Assembly (NCBI GenBank): GCA_965235115.1
Contig: OZ249436.1
Span: 12,650,001 to 12,714,000 of the forward strand
From: Laetmonice hystrix
Taxonomy: Eukaryota
DNA length: 64,000 nt
Reading direction: 5' to 3'
Below the pieces are notes generated by a model that saw nothing but the letters and a program-made list of their open reading frames with translations, did no database searches and was not told the origin of the DNA. Shown in pieces: positions 36,863 to 50,812 of this stretch. The translations under genes and the position numbers were made by a program. Within the stretch, counting starts at the first letter, position 1; every line of letters begins with the position of its first letter.

Positions 36863-37347
36863 TTTGTGTTTATAATTATGTTGTTTATACATTGTACCAA
36901 TTTAGATACAGCAGGAACTTTCTGTCATGTAACAATGTCCTGTATGAGTTTACCGAGTAAAATAATATTGGTGCAAAGAAAATGAATGACCGTGGACTAG
37001 GAGAATACAGTGGAAACGTGATATTTGGTAGTGTAGACAGCGCTTTATAGCGATTGTTGTAGATATTATTTCCAGATAAGGCTGCTCAGATGTACATTAA
37101 TTTATTATATTCTCGATATAATGTTCATAAAAGTGTACATAGACAGTGACATTTTTTTACATTAAAAACACAAAAACACCATGTAATACGCTGGTTTTTT
37201 TCAGTTGTCAAATCATCTATATCATGATGATCATCATAAATAAATAGTAAATAAATAATGATGATCGGTACCAACATTTTATGATGAGAGTTAGAATATT
37301 TACACTTATATTCAGCCACCCTGTATTTTTCTTTTGAAATGCACGGG

Positions 37348-37653
37348 CATCAGGGGTAACCCAATTACTTTGACAATGTCCCTAAAGAGAAAAGTTGTAT
37401 AGTCCTCTACAGGAATGGAACCCCGGCCCCAAGATTACTGCACCCATTCGCATAGCATAAGGTGTCGACACCCATGCCCACTCGGCCACCGCCACTCCCC
37501 TAAAAAAGGAGCTTTGGTGGTCGAGCAGGACAATGGACCCTCCCCCCTACACACATCTTCCGAAATGAGACGGAATCCATACTTTCCTAGATAGAGCTAC
37601 ACATGATTTCTACCGAACATTGACTGTTAAGGTAATCCTGGCACTGGCGTAGA
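37348..37653 (-). mobile_element. tRNA-derived SINE-like insert between 27-bp direct repeats, downstream of the KXD1 stop
   Basis: CTGTATTTTTCTTTTGAAATGCACGGG at 37321-37347 and 37654-37680; minus strand has A-box-like GGTGGCCGAGTGG (~37490) and B-box-like GGTTCCATTCC (~37420). Confidence 0.55.
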
Positions 37654-38546
37654 CTGTATTTTTCTTTTGAAATGCACGGGAAAGTGATCAGATAGATGAT
37701 TGCCTCATCATTGCGAAAGTTCCATGGCTGGAGAGTTTGTGTGATCATGACTTCTGTATGCCAGGAATTGTTTTCGATTTCTTCCATGATCCAGTGGCTG
37801 GGTTAGGTTTTCTTTGGGCTTTGACAGACTTTGCTTAGAAATTTTTCAAGATTTGCTTAAACTGGCACTTTGTTCCCAATACACCGTATTGGGGACTGGA
37901 AGGCTCCTTTCTGACCCCAGTGGCATCACGCTCCACACAGTAATGGTGGTGCGCGGATGTCACAAATATTGCGACAGAAAATTTGCCAAAACTCTCCCCA
38001 GAATTATTTTTTTAATTCGAAACTTTACCAGTCCGTTCTCAATAATCCCATATTACGGTATGAGATAATATTCAGCAAAGTACCGCGGTTTTAACTGGCA
38101 ACTGTAGTATGATTGTAATTAACCCCAGCATGTAAGGGGGACCAATCTGCTGTGCTGCTACCCCTATATAACCTGTTATTGACTTGGTACCGATTGTTCA
38201 AAACCACTGATCCCCTTTATTGACATGTACATGTAAAACTGCTTGTTCTGTTTGTAAATATAAGCCTGATTCCTGGTAGTGTTCAGAATGAATCAAACTC
38301 TAAGTTCAATGAAATTGAAGTCTATTGAAATATTTATTGCTTATTATATTATATAGCCGTTGTTAAGGGTGGCCACGTCTATATAATGTTATTACATTGT
38401 ATAGACCTACATGTGCAAAGCAAATAAAATCTCTCTTATCACATGTTGGACTGGGCCTTTATCTTTACAAGATCCCAAACCAACCCTCCCCCTTTTATGT
38501 TGGTCACCTGAGAAGGTCCGAGGCCTCGGGTCCTAGGCCTACTTAT

Positions 38547-38720
38547 ACAGGGTGTCCCAAATAATTGCACAACCAAATTTGTACACCTATCACATTTGCG
38601 AGCTTCACGTATTAAAGTTATAGAGAATCTTTTTTCAAAATTAATGGTCTTTATTTTATCCTGATTGGTCAATGCACTTATGAATTATGTTACTTTTTAT
38701 TCATCAAAGTTATATGTATA
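38547..38720. mobile_element. Tc1/mariner-like terminal fragment
   Basis: Begins TACAGGGTGTCCCAAATAATTG; no matching right end found. Confidence 0.45.
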
Positions 38721-38739
38721 TCCATATCGTCGCCACTGT

Positions 38740-38964
38740 CCACCAGGGCCGCGACACTAGCCTACCCCGCCCTGAGCTGGTACCCGGCGCTGGCGCGCTC
38801 GCTCTACTGGCCCACTCGCCGTGAGCGCAGTGACCCCTAGCGAGAGGTCCGGGAACTACCCTAACCCCGCCCCTTTTGGCACGTGGCTGTGTTTACATTC
38901 GGGTTTGCGCAGGAGCGTCATATTCACCTTGGAGACGCTTCGTGGAGCTGACAGCGTTCGATAG
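38740..38964 (+). promoter_or_regulatory. CpG-rich promoter and non-coding first exon of FAM221B-like gene
   Basis: GC boxes CCCCGCCC near 38765 and 38865, forkhead-type TGTTTAC at 38890-38896, donor AG|GTTTGT at 38964/38965. Confidence 0.5.
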
Positions 38965-39725
38965 GTTTGTCATTTATAAGTCTAACGTTAACGTTAGAAC
39001 TAAAATACAGTACAGATAATACTAAATGCTGTGATACAAGGTGTTTTAGTTATTCGTGTAGGGCTAATATTCCTCATGGATTACCTACTCCAACATGTAA
39101 ACAAGTCTGAGTTAACAAGTAAATTCCAATCGCTCACACACTGACTAGATCTAATATAGTGGCAGTTAGGCATATTATATTCAGTTTCCATACTGCTGCA
39201 CCTGTCGCCCTGTAATCATGATTCATGGCGAAAAGTGTTTTTTTTAAACGAGCAGGTGCCCTTTTGTCTAGTTGTGATCAGGGACCTTTGTGACATTCCG
39301 AACCTAGGTCTGTCCCCCCACTCCACAGCATTTTTAGGCTGTGTTACGGCTACGGGCCAGTACGGCACTGCCTGCCACTGGAACTGGGGTCTGGGCTGAT
39401 GATAGGCCTATACTGGCCAGGGCTAACGTTAGGCCCAAGCTGCCCTAACCACACAGTCATACTCATAGGCCTATGGCCATATGGGTTACCGGATAGCATG
39501 CACCGAATCGGGCCTACAAAGGCTTAGCCTACTCTGCCTCTGGTACATATTAAAATGTTGAATCATCATGTATTAATGACATCAATGAAGCAACCAAATT
39601 GGTGAGAAATTAGTTTTAGTGTTTTAAAAGGTTAAAATCGATTCGCCATCAATATGTTTATTTTCTGTGTTGACTTCCTGATAGTGATACATAGAAGTCT
39701 ACAGCGTATTGTGAAAAGGATTAAG

Positions 39726-42206
39726 ATGAGTGCATCTGGATCAAGAAAAACTAGGCCGACTAGATGTAGCACCACGACAGCATCTTCACGATCATCAGGA
39801 ACAGGGCAGGTATGAATTTTGTTCATGCATATCAAGTACATTTTCTTAACTAGCAAATTTAACCATCAGTTCAGTTCAGAATAAATAAAAATGCCCCCCT
39901 CCCCAGTGGGAAATTAATTTGCTGAAGCAGTGAAATATTGTACATGTATACCGGTACTATTTCAATGTACTTTTTTTTTCTTTTTCCAACAAAACTACAT
40001 GAAATGTTGGAATCAGATATTTGCAATAATAACATCCACTTTGCCACCATAAAGCTCCTTGTCAGCTGTGATGGTTATGTTTATATTTTTTCCAGAATTC
40101 AACAATCAGCAAGTCTGTTGCCCCAGCAAGGAGGAGTGCAGCTCTTACAATGCCTTCGTCCAGCAGTATTATACCACAAGGTAGATAAATTATAATAAAG
40201 GTATTAATTAAAAATTATAGTATAGATCTAGAAGGTCTATGCAAAAAACTTTTGTTTAGGCACATGTGTTTTGGTTTATAGGAAACAAAAGAATGAAAGA
40301 ATTTTGTTGTTGATATTTTGATATAAGTAGATATTGGCTACAATTGTTTAAAAATGTTAGTGTGTGGTTGTGTACAATTGTGCTAATTTCATTACATCTA
40401 GGATATAAGGCAAGAGCTGTGCAGCCAGCAAAGAATTATGATGTTGTGTCATTTGCCCGTACAATGAATGATGACTTTGGGCATCGTGTCAAGAAACTCT
40501 TTGATCCTGAGAGAGAAGCTGCTTTGGAGGCTCAACAAACTGGTGAGATATGATACAAATCTGGTGACAAAGAAATAGCTGCCCTATAGGCTATAGTTAT
40601 ATAGTAAGGTACATAAACTTAAACTTGGAGGGGCTTTTACAAAAAGCGAAGGGCTAAAATAGTCTTACTATCACAGAGCCCACAACTGTTTATGTAACAA
40701 CTTTAATTCCATAATCCAGATTAATTCCTATCACATAGGTCTACTTATTTGTCTAACCCTGCTGTAACTATACATCAGTTATTTAAGGGCCTGTGTAATG
40801 TAGTGCAGTTTCTCTCATGTGGACTTATCTTATTGTGTTATATCTTACTTCACGTTTCCATTTAATATCCAGGGATGTATATTGGATGGCGGTGCCCAGA
40901 ATTTAATCATGACTGCCAAAGAGTGGGGTCAAACGGAAAATGTTTTTGTGGGCACCTGTTGATGGAGCACAAAAACTACAATGGTATGTTACAGAAGTAG
41001 GTGTTCCAAGACCAGCAATGCTAGTCAGTGTAGACAGTTACATGTCATACATACAGGTCTGTATCCATTATCCATTAAATCATTAACATATATCCAGACA
41101 GTGCTTATAATCGTTTGACTCAAACGTTGGAAAGAAATAGTTGTTTAGTTTCTGTGTTTTTTTTCTATTTGAGCCAAGACTGTCCTGGTTCCTTGCAATC
41201 AGCCTGCATGCACGTGTAAAGGTTTTGCGTGGATTCCATCCAGACCTGAGGAAGTTGGAGAATATTGGTTCCAGAAACGGCAGAATTTTGATGTATCCAC
41301 ATGGCGCTCAAAATGTCGCTGCAAACACAGTCATGAGGAGCACGAGCCAAATGGTTTACACAGATGCCGTTTCAGAGGTTAACTTGCATTCTAAATTCAG
41401 ATATAATACTTTTGTTATAAGCACATGAAAACTAATACGAATAATAGTGAGAAATAATGTACCAACAAATGTCTGCAGTTTTTAAAATACAGTGTAGGGG
41501 CCTAGATACATGCAATTTTTTATTTTATTTTTATACTCTACAACCTCCTAAATTACCAGTAATTTTTTTTTATAATCATATTTTATTGTTACATTTTATA
41601 AACGCTCTGAATGAATCACAGTGCGTGAATCTCCATTTTAGGATGTGGATGTGGTGCCTTTAACTCCAATTTTCTGTGTGCCGCATGTGACCGTCATTGG
41701 GAAGATCACCAGACATTCTTTGAGACGGCTATGGAGAGGCAGAAGAAGGGACTGCCTGTGGGTAGGTTTGCATCAGCACCCAAAATATACATGCCATGAT
41801 TATCTCATCCTTGAAAATGCTTTAACATGAAAAGTTCCTGCCAAAAGTACAGAAATAGGCAACCCCTGGACAAAAGCGGGCTTAGTATATCTGCTTCATG
41901 GAAATTGTATACTATTTATAAACATCCCATAGAGAGCAAATAAAATATCCTGACAATGTTGCATCATTTTTAGGTGCAGAATATTTGCCGTTTGCGGAGA
42001 TCCCATCCCTGAGAAACATGGTTCTGTCAGGAAAAGATGACGAGGACATGTCTTACATGGCCATTAATCCAGGACCGTTTGCTTCAGCGCCCTCAGCTAT
42101 GCGCGCGCTACCTAGCGGCTCCATGCCGCAGGCTGCAAGTAATGTCATGCCACCTGGTGGCAGATCCCGTCACGCCAAGACCAACTTCAGCCCAGTCTAC
42201 GATTAA
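39726..42206 (+). CDS. FAM221B: FAM221 family protein (FAM221B-like), 7 coding exons, 325 aa
   Basis: Exons 39726-39809, 40096-40180, 40402-40542, 40873-40983, 41174-41377, 41642-41761, 41974-42206 (978 nt). Translation: LFDPEREAALEAQQTGMYIGWRCPEFNHDCQRVG..KCFCGHLLMEH..PC....C.CKGFAWIPSRPEEVGEYW..KR..FD...WRSKCRCKHSHEEH..CGCGAFNSNFLCAACDRHWEDHQTFFET..ER...GLPVGAEYLPFAE, matching the Cys/His-rich FAM221 domain as I remember it. Confidence 0.9.
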
Positions 42207-45200
42207 TAACGGAACTATAAAAACTGCCTGTCAAACTCATTGTTCCTTTTCAACGATGGGTGGTAGCATTAACTTTTGTTATGTGGTTTGGACATTGGTG
42301 CTTCTTTCTAAAGAACACGGCTAGCTGCAGTGAATTCATAAAAGTAGACTACCAAGCATAATATTTCGAAGTATTAAGCCAATGGTATACCTATGGCAGA
42401 ACTCGTCTGACACTTCTTCGTGAATTTTATCCCGTGAAGCAAACGAAGCAGTTTATGGCTCGGATTATCATCTGTAAGATAATTACACATCACAAATAAC
42501 GGCAACTTGAACTTGAACGACTGCAATCCTGACCTAACGTTACTCAAATATAAAACACGGAGGTACACTTTCAGCTAAATCACGAAGATTTTTACATAAA
42601 AGAAACGAGGATACTTGTTTTGACATTCATTTTAATACCAAGAAGTAGAATTACTTGACAATGATAATATACATGATAACAAAACATTGTTCGGAGACGT
42701 ACCTTACAGAAATAGAAGGTCCATTGAGTTTTGAGGGTATCCTATTTAACAACAACGCGGGGATACTTGAAATAGGTATGAATGAGCCGCGGACATAATA
42801 GAAACTTTACAAAAAGGGGTTGAACTAATATTCAGATTTCTACTTTCCAACCAAATACAGGGATTCAAAAATACATGTTAATATAAATTGGTCAGAATCC
42901 TACATTTAAACAAATATAGGGATCAGATCCGTAAGGAGAAATTACGGCCCAAATGTATTTCCCTTCTACATGGGAGTGGCCCTGCTTGGGCAATGAGCAG
43001 ATGCGAATTTTAATTTACAAAAAAAAAATAAAAAAAAAAAAAAGCCTCTTACTCGGTAGAGCTCGTCTCTAGTTTATGTTTACAATTAGAAAAAAATAAT
43101 CATCTCTCTGTGCACAATATCATATAAGTACTCTTATTAACGAAGCTACAGTAGTAAAACAGCCTACCAGGGCTTAGCATATATTGTAAATGGATTTTAT
43201 CCAATCAGAAACAGTGTTACTATCGAGCAGACTATATCACATGATCTTTTCCAGATCAGTTTGATTTTCTTAATCAAAGCATTCAATGACAGACTTCGTG
43301 AGCTGAATGAAGTCGAGCTGATTACAGAGTACTGGGGAGCAGTATAGTAGTTTATGAAAACAAATCTGCAATGGTTCATCTATAAAAAAGAGCTACAAGT
43401 TTAAATGCTGTTTATGCATGCAGCTGCTCCATTCTGTTGGTAAGGGTACCGGTGGTAGTTCTTATAGGATTTGCTCCGAAAATGCTTTGTTTGGCCACAG
43501 TTTGGGAAGCATGACACCATAGCAAAAGCTGACACCATATTATAGTGATACACTGCTAGTAAAAGCCAACTGGTACATTGACAGAGTATTTACACCTAGC
43601 ATGTATCTTTCTTACAGTCTTGACCACCTTTCAAATGTCAGGGACTTTAGGTATACTATTTTACAACGTATTAACAATTTCCGCAATATCCAGTGGATTT
43701 TTTCAAAAGAAACACGTCAACATTGCTGAACAAGTAGTAATGCCTCTCTCATAGACGACAGGAATACTGGTTTAAACTAGGATATTGTACGTTGACCCAC
43801 GCTGACCTTTGTCATATATGCTGGGTATTTCTCCTATACCCAGGTCTCCAGTTCCTCCAGCTAAACTGTGACTGTAATTTGTCTCAACTGCCAGCAGTTT
43901 GTTAATCAATGACAGAAACCAATAAACGCATACACTATAACATTCCCCTGCGATAAATAAAATGTCTTTTTTTTTTCTTTTTGGCAGATATGCATTAATA
44001 TAGATTTCATTGGCCAATTCCAACTGTATCAACAATTTGACCTCCTTTCTCTTCTTATACCGCAAATATACACAACAATTATTTAGACAAATAACAAAGA
44101 GTCCAGTGAGTGTCGCATCCTCAGTCAGTTGTGAGACGCTAAAAATATTGCAGACAACTCTCATCGGCAGGTTGTGTCGTACATTTTTCATTGCCAACAT
44201 TCTGGACCACCGTTGGACACCTAGTGAGGAATACTGAAACTAGCATCCTGATCAATTCCGTAGGTATAGTTACACAGAGAGGGGGTAATCTGTAGAACCC
44301 CTTTGGATTTACTCCCATCTTTGCTAGTACTACACTTCCTTCCTGGGATTATATCCAACACTGCAAACTTGACATATACCGATTTCGATTTAGAGACTTT
44401 TATTTTACATTATAAAAGCACCAGCACTGACAAGGAACTGAAGGGAAGACCCCAAGACGCTGTCGGGATAGCAGAAAGCAGATGACTACCTGAACATTCG
44501 AACACAAAGCGCCTCTAACTTTTGTAACAGTATATGAATTCTGTGTTGAAGAGGCGGCACCATGAAAATAGTTACCGACTTTGTAAACAGTGCCGGGGGG
44601 GGGGGGGGGGGGGGGCTTAACAAGCAGCCCTTGTTTTTTCTTTTTTAAAGTACAAAATTGCGCTTGCCCATCATGGTACCGGTACGTTTACACTAGTGCC
44701 AAGGTGGGTAGACTGTGCACCTACCAAGAAATATTAAAAGACTTGCGCAAAGAGCCGGCTTCTTCCTGAGTGCAACCCTTGGTGATGGTGATCACAAGAG
44801 ACAGTTGATATTATTTAGGGGCCTAAAAATCGGTTTATTCAAACCAATAAAAATAAATTAATTCACAAACTCTAGCGATATGAGTAATTATTTTGTATCA
44901 TTTTGCAAATTACCGAATACTAGCAAAAAGGTGAATTATTATAATTCATCATATGCGTTATTAAATTTTTAGAAGACAAGGTCTGGACACGTCTAATAAA
45001 AAGGGCGGTTCTTGGTCTTGGGGAAAGTGGGTGAATGGGAGCAATCCCTGTGAGCAAGTGAAAGGTGATCAAACAGGGTGTGGACGAGTGGTGTGACCCT
45101 CCTCGCCGAACCACTGTCCACTTAAAGGTGCCTCAGAAACGTGGCTCTCTATAACAAAGTAGTGGTAAGGTTGCCATGCAGCACCACTGCCATGCACTTT

Positions 45201-47559
45201 GCTGGTGCTAATTTACATGCTTTGCACTGTTTCTCAAGATTGCTCGGTTCACAAATGTTGCTACAATAGAGTTGAGTGCTGGCAAGGTCCCCCGTGTTAA
45301 TACACTTATAATATTACTTGAGTCCAATTATTAAAATGGGTTGAATTCATTAGAAAAATATATAGACATCTCATAGTTATCACAACAACACTATATATAA
45401 TTGGCGCTACCTCAATTTCCCTCACAGCATCGGTGACCAAACCGTGACATATCATGCAGCTCAATCATTGTCCTTGTCCGTCCACTGAACGGCCAACTAT
45501 TCATTATGGCACATCACAAGCAAGTTAGGCCTAAACCAGACCTAGGCAGCCATTGGCTAGGAGGGTGTCCACACTGAATATTCTCTTCTCGGATTGCTTG
45601 GATTTCATATCTGATACTGATTTAACAAGAGAACACAGAAACCATTCATAACAAATAATGACAGATCTCTTGGCAGGTTGCAAATGCGCGATTGTTACGG
45701 AATCCAGGGTGACAGAATGACATGCCACAAACAATATCAAATCTACAGATGTCATTCGGAACACTGGATGAATGCTCAGCTAGGTATGTACACACCAAGA
45801 ATAAATACAATCCTATGGTCATGCCCGTGGCAGTGATGTATCAATGCTACATTTTCAGGACCTTTCCACTACACAAATGCAACTGCTGTCAAGCCTAAAT
45901 GGCTGGACGATAACGACCTGTTATTGCCAACAAGTCGCAATAACACTTTTCTGTTCACTCAGGTCTGCATATTCAATAGCCTGTCTGCCATGAAGTGCAG
46001 ACCTTCTACAGGAGTTACAATCCTGGTGCACTAAGTAAGAACGTAATAATAAAACGTGTGAGAAGGTCATGAGTCGCGACTGGCCCTGCTATGAGTGAGT
46101 AGTTGTATACGAAAACTACAGGTTGGTGACTCAATGAAATGACTCTGATACCAAATAAAGACAGGCATACGCTTTGATCAATGTAATGCCTAAAATAAAA
46201 CCAGATTCTGTTTGGCGCATATTTAATGTGTGTTTCCAAACTTTTCACACCAGTGACTCAAGAGGATACGGTTTCAATACATTTATGGGTCTAGAGTCAG
46301 AGCACCCTGCCTAGAAACATCCATCCCTTGATGGATCCGTAACCGTTCCGTAACCATTACAGATGTCTATGTTTGGGGGCAAACTTTCAGATTTCCATAT
46401 TTTTCTTTGTAACTTAAAAAAGATCTGCCTCAATGGAAAGTACCCCGATAATTCTTTTTGATGGACGTTTCGCAATGGTTCTCTTTTAATTTACAATATA
46501 TCAGATCGAATATCAACAGACTTTGCACTGAAATGAGGGAACATACATTTAGCCTATTGTATTACTTACTGTCATCTTTTGTCATCTAACCCTTACTCTT
46601 TACCCATGTTCCAGTAAATCCTATTTACGTCAACCTTTGTAATGTCCCCAGTACACTGACCAAATCCAAATCTCAACACAACAAACATCAGCTCAGTCAC
46701 ATTACCCGCCAGCACAAAATATATTGTCATCAACCCAATATTTTAACACCTTTTATTAACATACAATGTGCTAATGGATTGGACTTTAGCTGAGAGATCC
46801 ACGTTAGAAACCCACACAATATGTACCCTGTACACTTAATCATAAAGTATAAGACTGCGTTCTATCAGAATACACCGTATTATCTATGACCAGACAGGGA
46901 CACTAGGCCACAAGCTTTCAAACAGTAAATAAAACTTTTCTCTTCTCTCATCTGACCAGTTTCTCGAGTCATCAATCACTTTCTATATCGTAACATATGA
47001 GGAACAGGACCAAGACGGAAGTTGAATTTCACCTGGGAATTGTGCTGTGAACAAATCGATAGCTCCTTCATTCCATTTCGTGTTGCCTTATTGAGAACAC
47101 AATCATCTTTTAACCTTGAGTTCACCGGACATAGAACTTGACTCTCTCCTCGTGAATGGCAAGCTGACAGGGGCCTCTCTAAGAATGAAATGCTGCCTAT
47201 GTTAAGCTGGGCTGAGTTACATCATATCTTGTGTCATTTTACATATCAGTCCCAAGTCCTTAATATCCAAATGTCTATAATGCCTCTATATCAAGCCACC
47301 AATACATTCGGCTCAGCTGCCCACTGAAGAAACTTACTCACAGACAATCCTTCTTTGGATAGCTTCCAGGATACTTGTCCATATTATACTCGAATCCACT
47401 CTGGAATAGCAACGGCGTTTGGGAAGATGCAGAAAATGTCTAACTTCAGGGTATTTGTCTAAGTTACGTGCACTTTGAAACAGTCCCACGGAAGAGCAGT
47501 CCCGTTCCTTTGAGAAGTTGTTGCGAGCGAAAAATAACAAGCTTGTGAAGTTTACAGCC

Positions 47560-48562
47560 CCCACAAGACCTATTCCATCTTAAACATATGATACGGTTGT
47601 CGCTAGGTTCAAGAAATAATCCCAAATTAAACTACTTATATGACTTTCTAGCCACCACAAAGAGTAGTTATGCGGTTATAGCTTTGAAGGTACAAGCCAC
47701 TGAAAAAATGCACGACCCAAATTGACCTTTATAGGTTAGAAAAGGTCGAAGAATACAATGGTGCAAAATGAAAGGGCACAGGACTTCCTCTACAGTAATA
47801 CTAACTATTGCCTTTTCTTACACTGTTTTCAATTGTACTATGTTATTTTGCACCATTTTCAAGATATGGGCCAAAATAGTGTTATCATTGGGGGCCAAAA
47901 AACAAATATGTTCGCTGTGTCGCCATATTGAATCTAGACAGAAAATAAATTGGCGTATACATTGCCACTCATATGCTTCTTCTTTGCATCAATTAATGTA
48001 AAAGAAATTGTCTGAGTTATTGTTTCATAATGTGTACATCCAAGATGGTCACCAAGCAGCCAATTTGAAGGATATCAGAAATCTATTTGATCTGCATAAT
48101 CCTTCGACTGTCCCTGGTCATTGTGTCATGCTTCACATAAAATTATGTGGTTATCTAAGACTGTTCTGTTTTGATTGACCTTTCAAGGTCACACATGGTT
48201 ATGGAAAATGGTGCCAAATGAAAGTTCATATATGATTTCCTATCAGTCAATAATAGAAATTATTGCCTTATCTTGCACCACTTTCGAGAGACGAGCCAAA
48301 AGTTTGTTTTTTTAGGGGGGAGGGAGTCAAAAAACAAATATGGCCACTATGGGGAACTGATAATACATTGCCATGCTTATTGCCCCTCATATGCCTCTTC
48401 TTTTCGCCAACTTGCATCATACTCAGACCAACCCAGATCAGTGTGTAAAGTTTCATACAATTTGACCTATACACTTCTGAGAAGTCGCCGTCTACGGACG
48501 TGCAGACGTACGGACGGAAGTAAAATTAGAAGCCCCCGCCCCCTTTGGGTTGGGGGCTAAAA
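47560..48562 (+). mobile_element. Helentron-associated non-autonomous element (HINE/DINE-1-like); 5' boundary approximate
   Basis: Terminal stem-loop AGCCCCC..GGGGGCT (48531-48558) preceded by a GGAC/AGAC microsatellite; internal repeats of ATGGTGC.AAATGAAAG..ATATGA.TTCCTA related to the array unit of 55503-59000. Confidence 0.65.
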
Positions 48563-50812
48563 ACTACATGCAATATAAGAAATCAGAGTACTGCTCCACA
48601 TTTCTTGGAATATGAATCTGAACGTTTACACCATACTACTAAACCACGTGAAGCTTTCAGATGAATTTGATGTTGACCTATTACGTTCTAGGTTTCATGT
48701 AAAGAGTTAAGAAAACGAAATCTGCACCGAGAAGACTCGAGACCCAAATACTGTCTGCTGCTAGTTTTACTCAGTACGCTGCTCAGTTAATGTTGATTCT
48801 CGAAATTTTTAGATTTTCAATGCACCCAACTGTATGCTGTGAGTCTGAGTTGTTCAAAACACCAGGTGATAGTGGCCAACGACCAAAGACAGTTCTTTAC
48901 ACGCGAGTCTATTAAAGCCTTCCTTGTATGGTTCTTTGAGGATTATTGTGTTAATGTTAAAAAAAACTGATGTTCTTTGTTTTTGGAGAAGCCCTAGTGT
49001 ATACTGGTTCTTTTTCTGAGTGTGTATGATTTGGTACGAAGCCGGTATCGTCACCATTCAAATCCTTGTTTGCTGGTCACACATTCCAATAGTTGTTACA
49101 AGCTTGGCTGATTGACTTAAGGAAGAGAAAAAGTATAAAGTTCCGACTGAAACTACTGTGGACACTAAGGGGCTTCTAAATGGTCCTGTGTTGGCCTGAT
49201 ACTGCTGTTAAACCTTCACTTGGCTAATAGGAACTGAACACCTCATAAAAATACATCTCTATGTCTCTACTCCCTGTTCTGTGCGTCTTCAGTGACAACT
49301 CTTCCTACACCCAAGGAGTAAATTACAACGATAAACACACCTGTACAAATAGCCACATACGGTTATCGGTCTCTCGGGAAAGGTCACCTTCTGCCTGGAC
49401 TTCACTCACATAGGAAGATCAACAAATTCTGGGTCATGGTCATCGTAAATATATTACACAACCACCTTTGCTATGGCTACAGTGCACAGACAAACGTGGC
49501 TATTAGCCACATTATAGTAAAATTGTACAACCAACCAAATTAACCTCTTCATACACACTAAGATCAAAGTTAGCTTTACAGATTGACGAGACCTTTAAAG
49601 TCTCTGCATGAGATGCCCTTTGAATAAAGGTTCTTGTTGTGTTTTCATGCAAAGAAATTCACCAGTTGAAGATGCACACATTGCAAAAAAGATGCATCTT
49701 TTGGGACCAGTAAGAGTACCGTAGAGGCAGCAGCAGTATCGCCTAAGTGGAGCCTATCGTCTGTTTCTGTGCTGCTAACATTCTCTGGGACAAACTTTTG
49801 AATGTCACCAAATTCAACTGTCAGAGTAACGGTAAGCACACTAGTCTTATGCACCTAAATTCCCGGCAAGCAACGTCCTGATAATCAGCTAAGACAATAC
49901 CTTTTAGTTGGCTGCAGTATGTTGTGTCAGGGCATACAGGGCCTGTCTAAAATTTTGATAAAAGAAAAAAAGAAAGAATGAACACAAGAATCTAAGCAAC
50001 AATAAATCCTAAGAAGACTCGTTAAAACTGCTCTGACCTTCCATAGAAATAAATATTGTAAAAAAGGATAAAAACTTATGCTTTGGCGCAACTTTTTACA
50101 TGGGCAACAAGTTGAGGTTCAGTTCCACACAAGGCATGTGTTCAATCTAGGATTACCATCAAATTCCCACAGTACTTTTAGTATCAAATCAAACCATGTG
50201 TAGAAGCCATCGAGTTTCTCCTGTCAGTATTTTCATCTCAACCTCTGTCTCTCTTGCCATTAGTGGTACTGGCATGATTCCGTATTTGGCATACAGGTGG
50301 CGCCCCAGTCCTGCCCACAATGGAAGTCAAGGTAATCCCATGGCACACACAACACATAGCCTGAAAACTACCAAAAAAATGGAGGAAGGATGGGGAATTG
50401 GTTTTTTGATTGGAATGTCATCAAGTCATCTGCGTCAAGAAATCCTACACACGCTAGGTGATGTCCAGGAAACTTGGTGTTTGCTAACCACTTAAAAGAG
50501 CCATAGCTGACAATATCAAAAGAACATGCTGCTGGGTAAGATGGGTTACAGAAATGGTAACTATCGGTCCTTCACCAATATCTTCAACGTGTACATACAT
50601 CAAAGCTGTCCTCTCAATGCATGCATGTCTCAAGCAGGCGGCACACAGGTGCGCCCCAGCACAATCAACTGTTGCTAGCACAGTTCGACTCTTTCCTCGC
50701 CAACCTTCATGGGTGCCGACGTACATCACGGGTATTCCTCTCCAAAGCCTCTGTGGCTGTGGACAATGGATAATCTAACTTGCCAGCATGAGCGAAACCC
50801 AAAGTTTGACCC

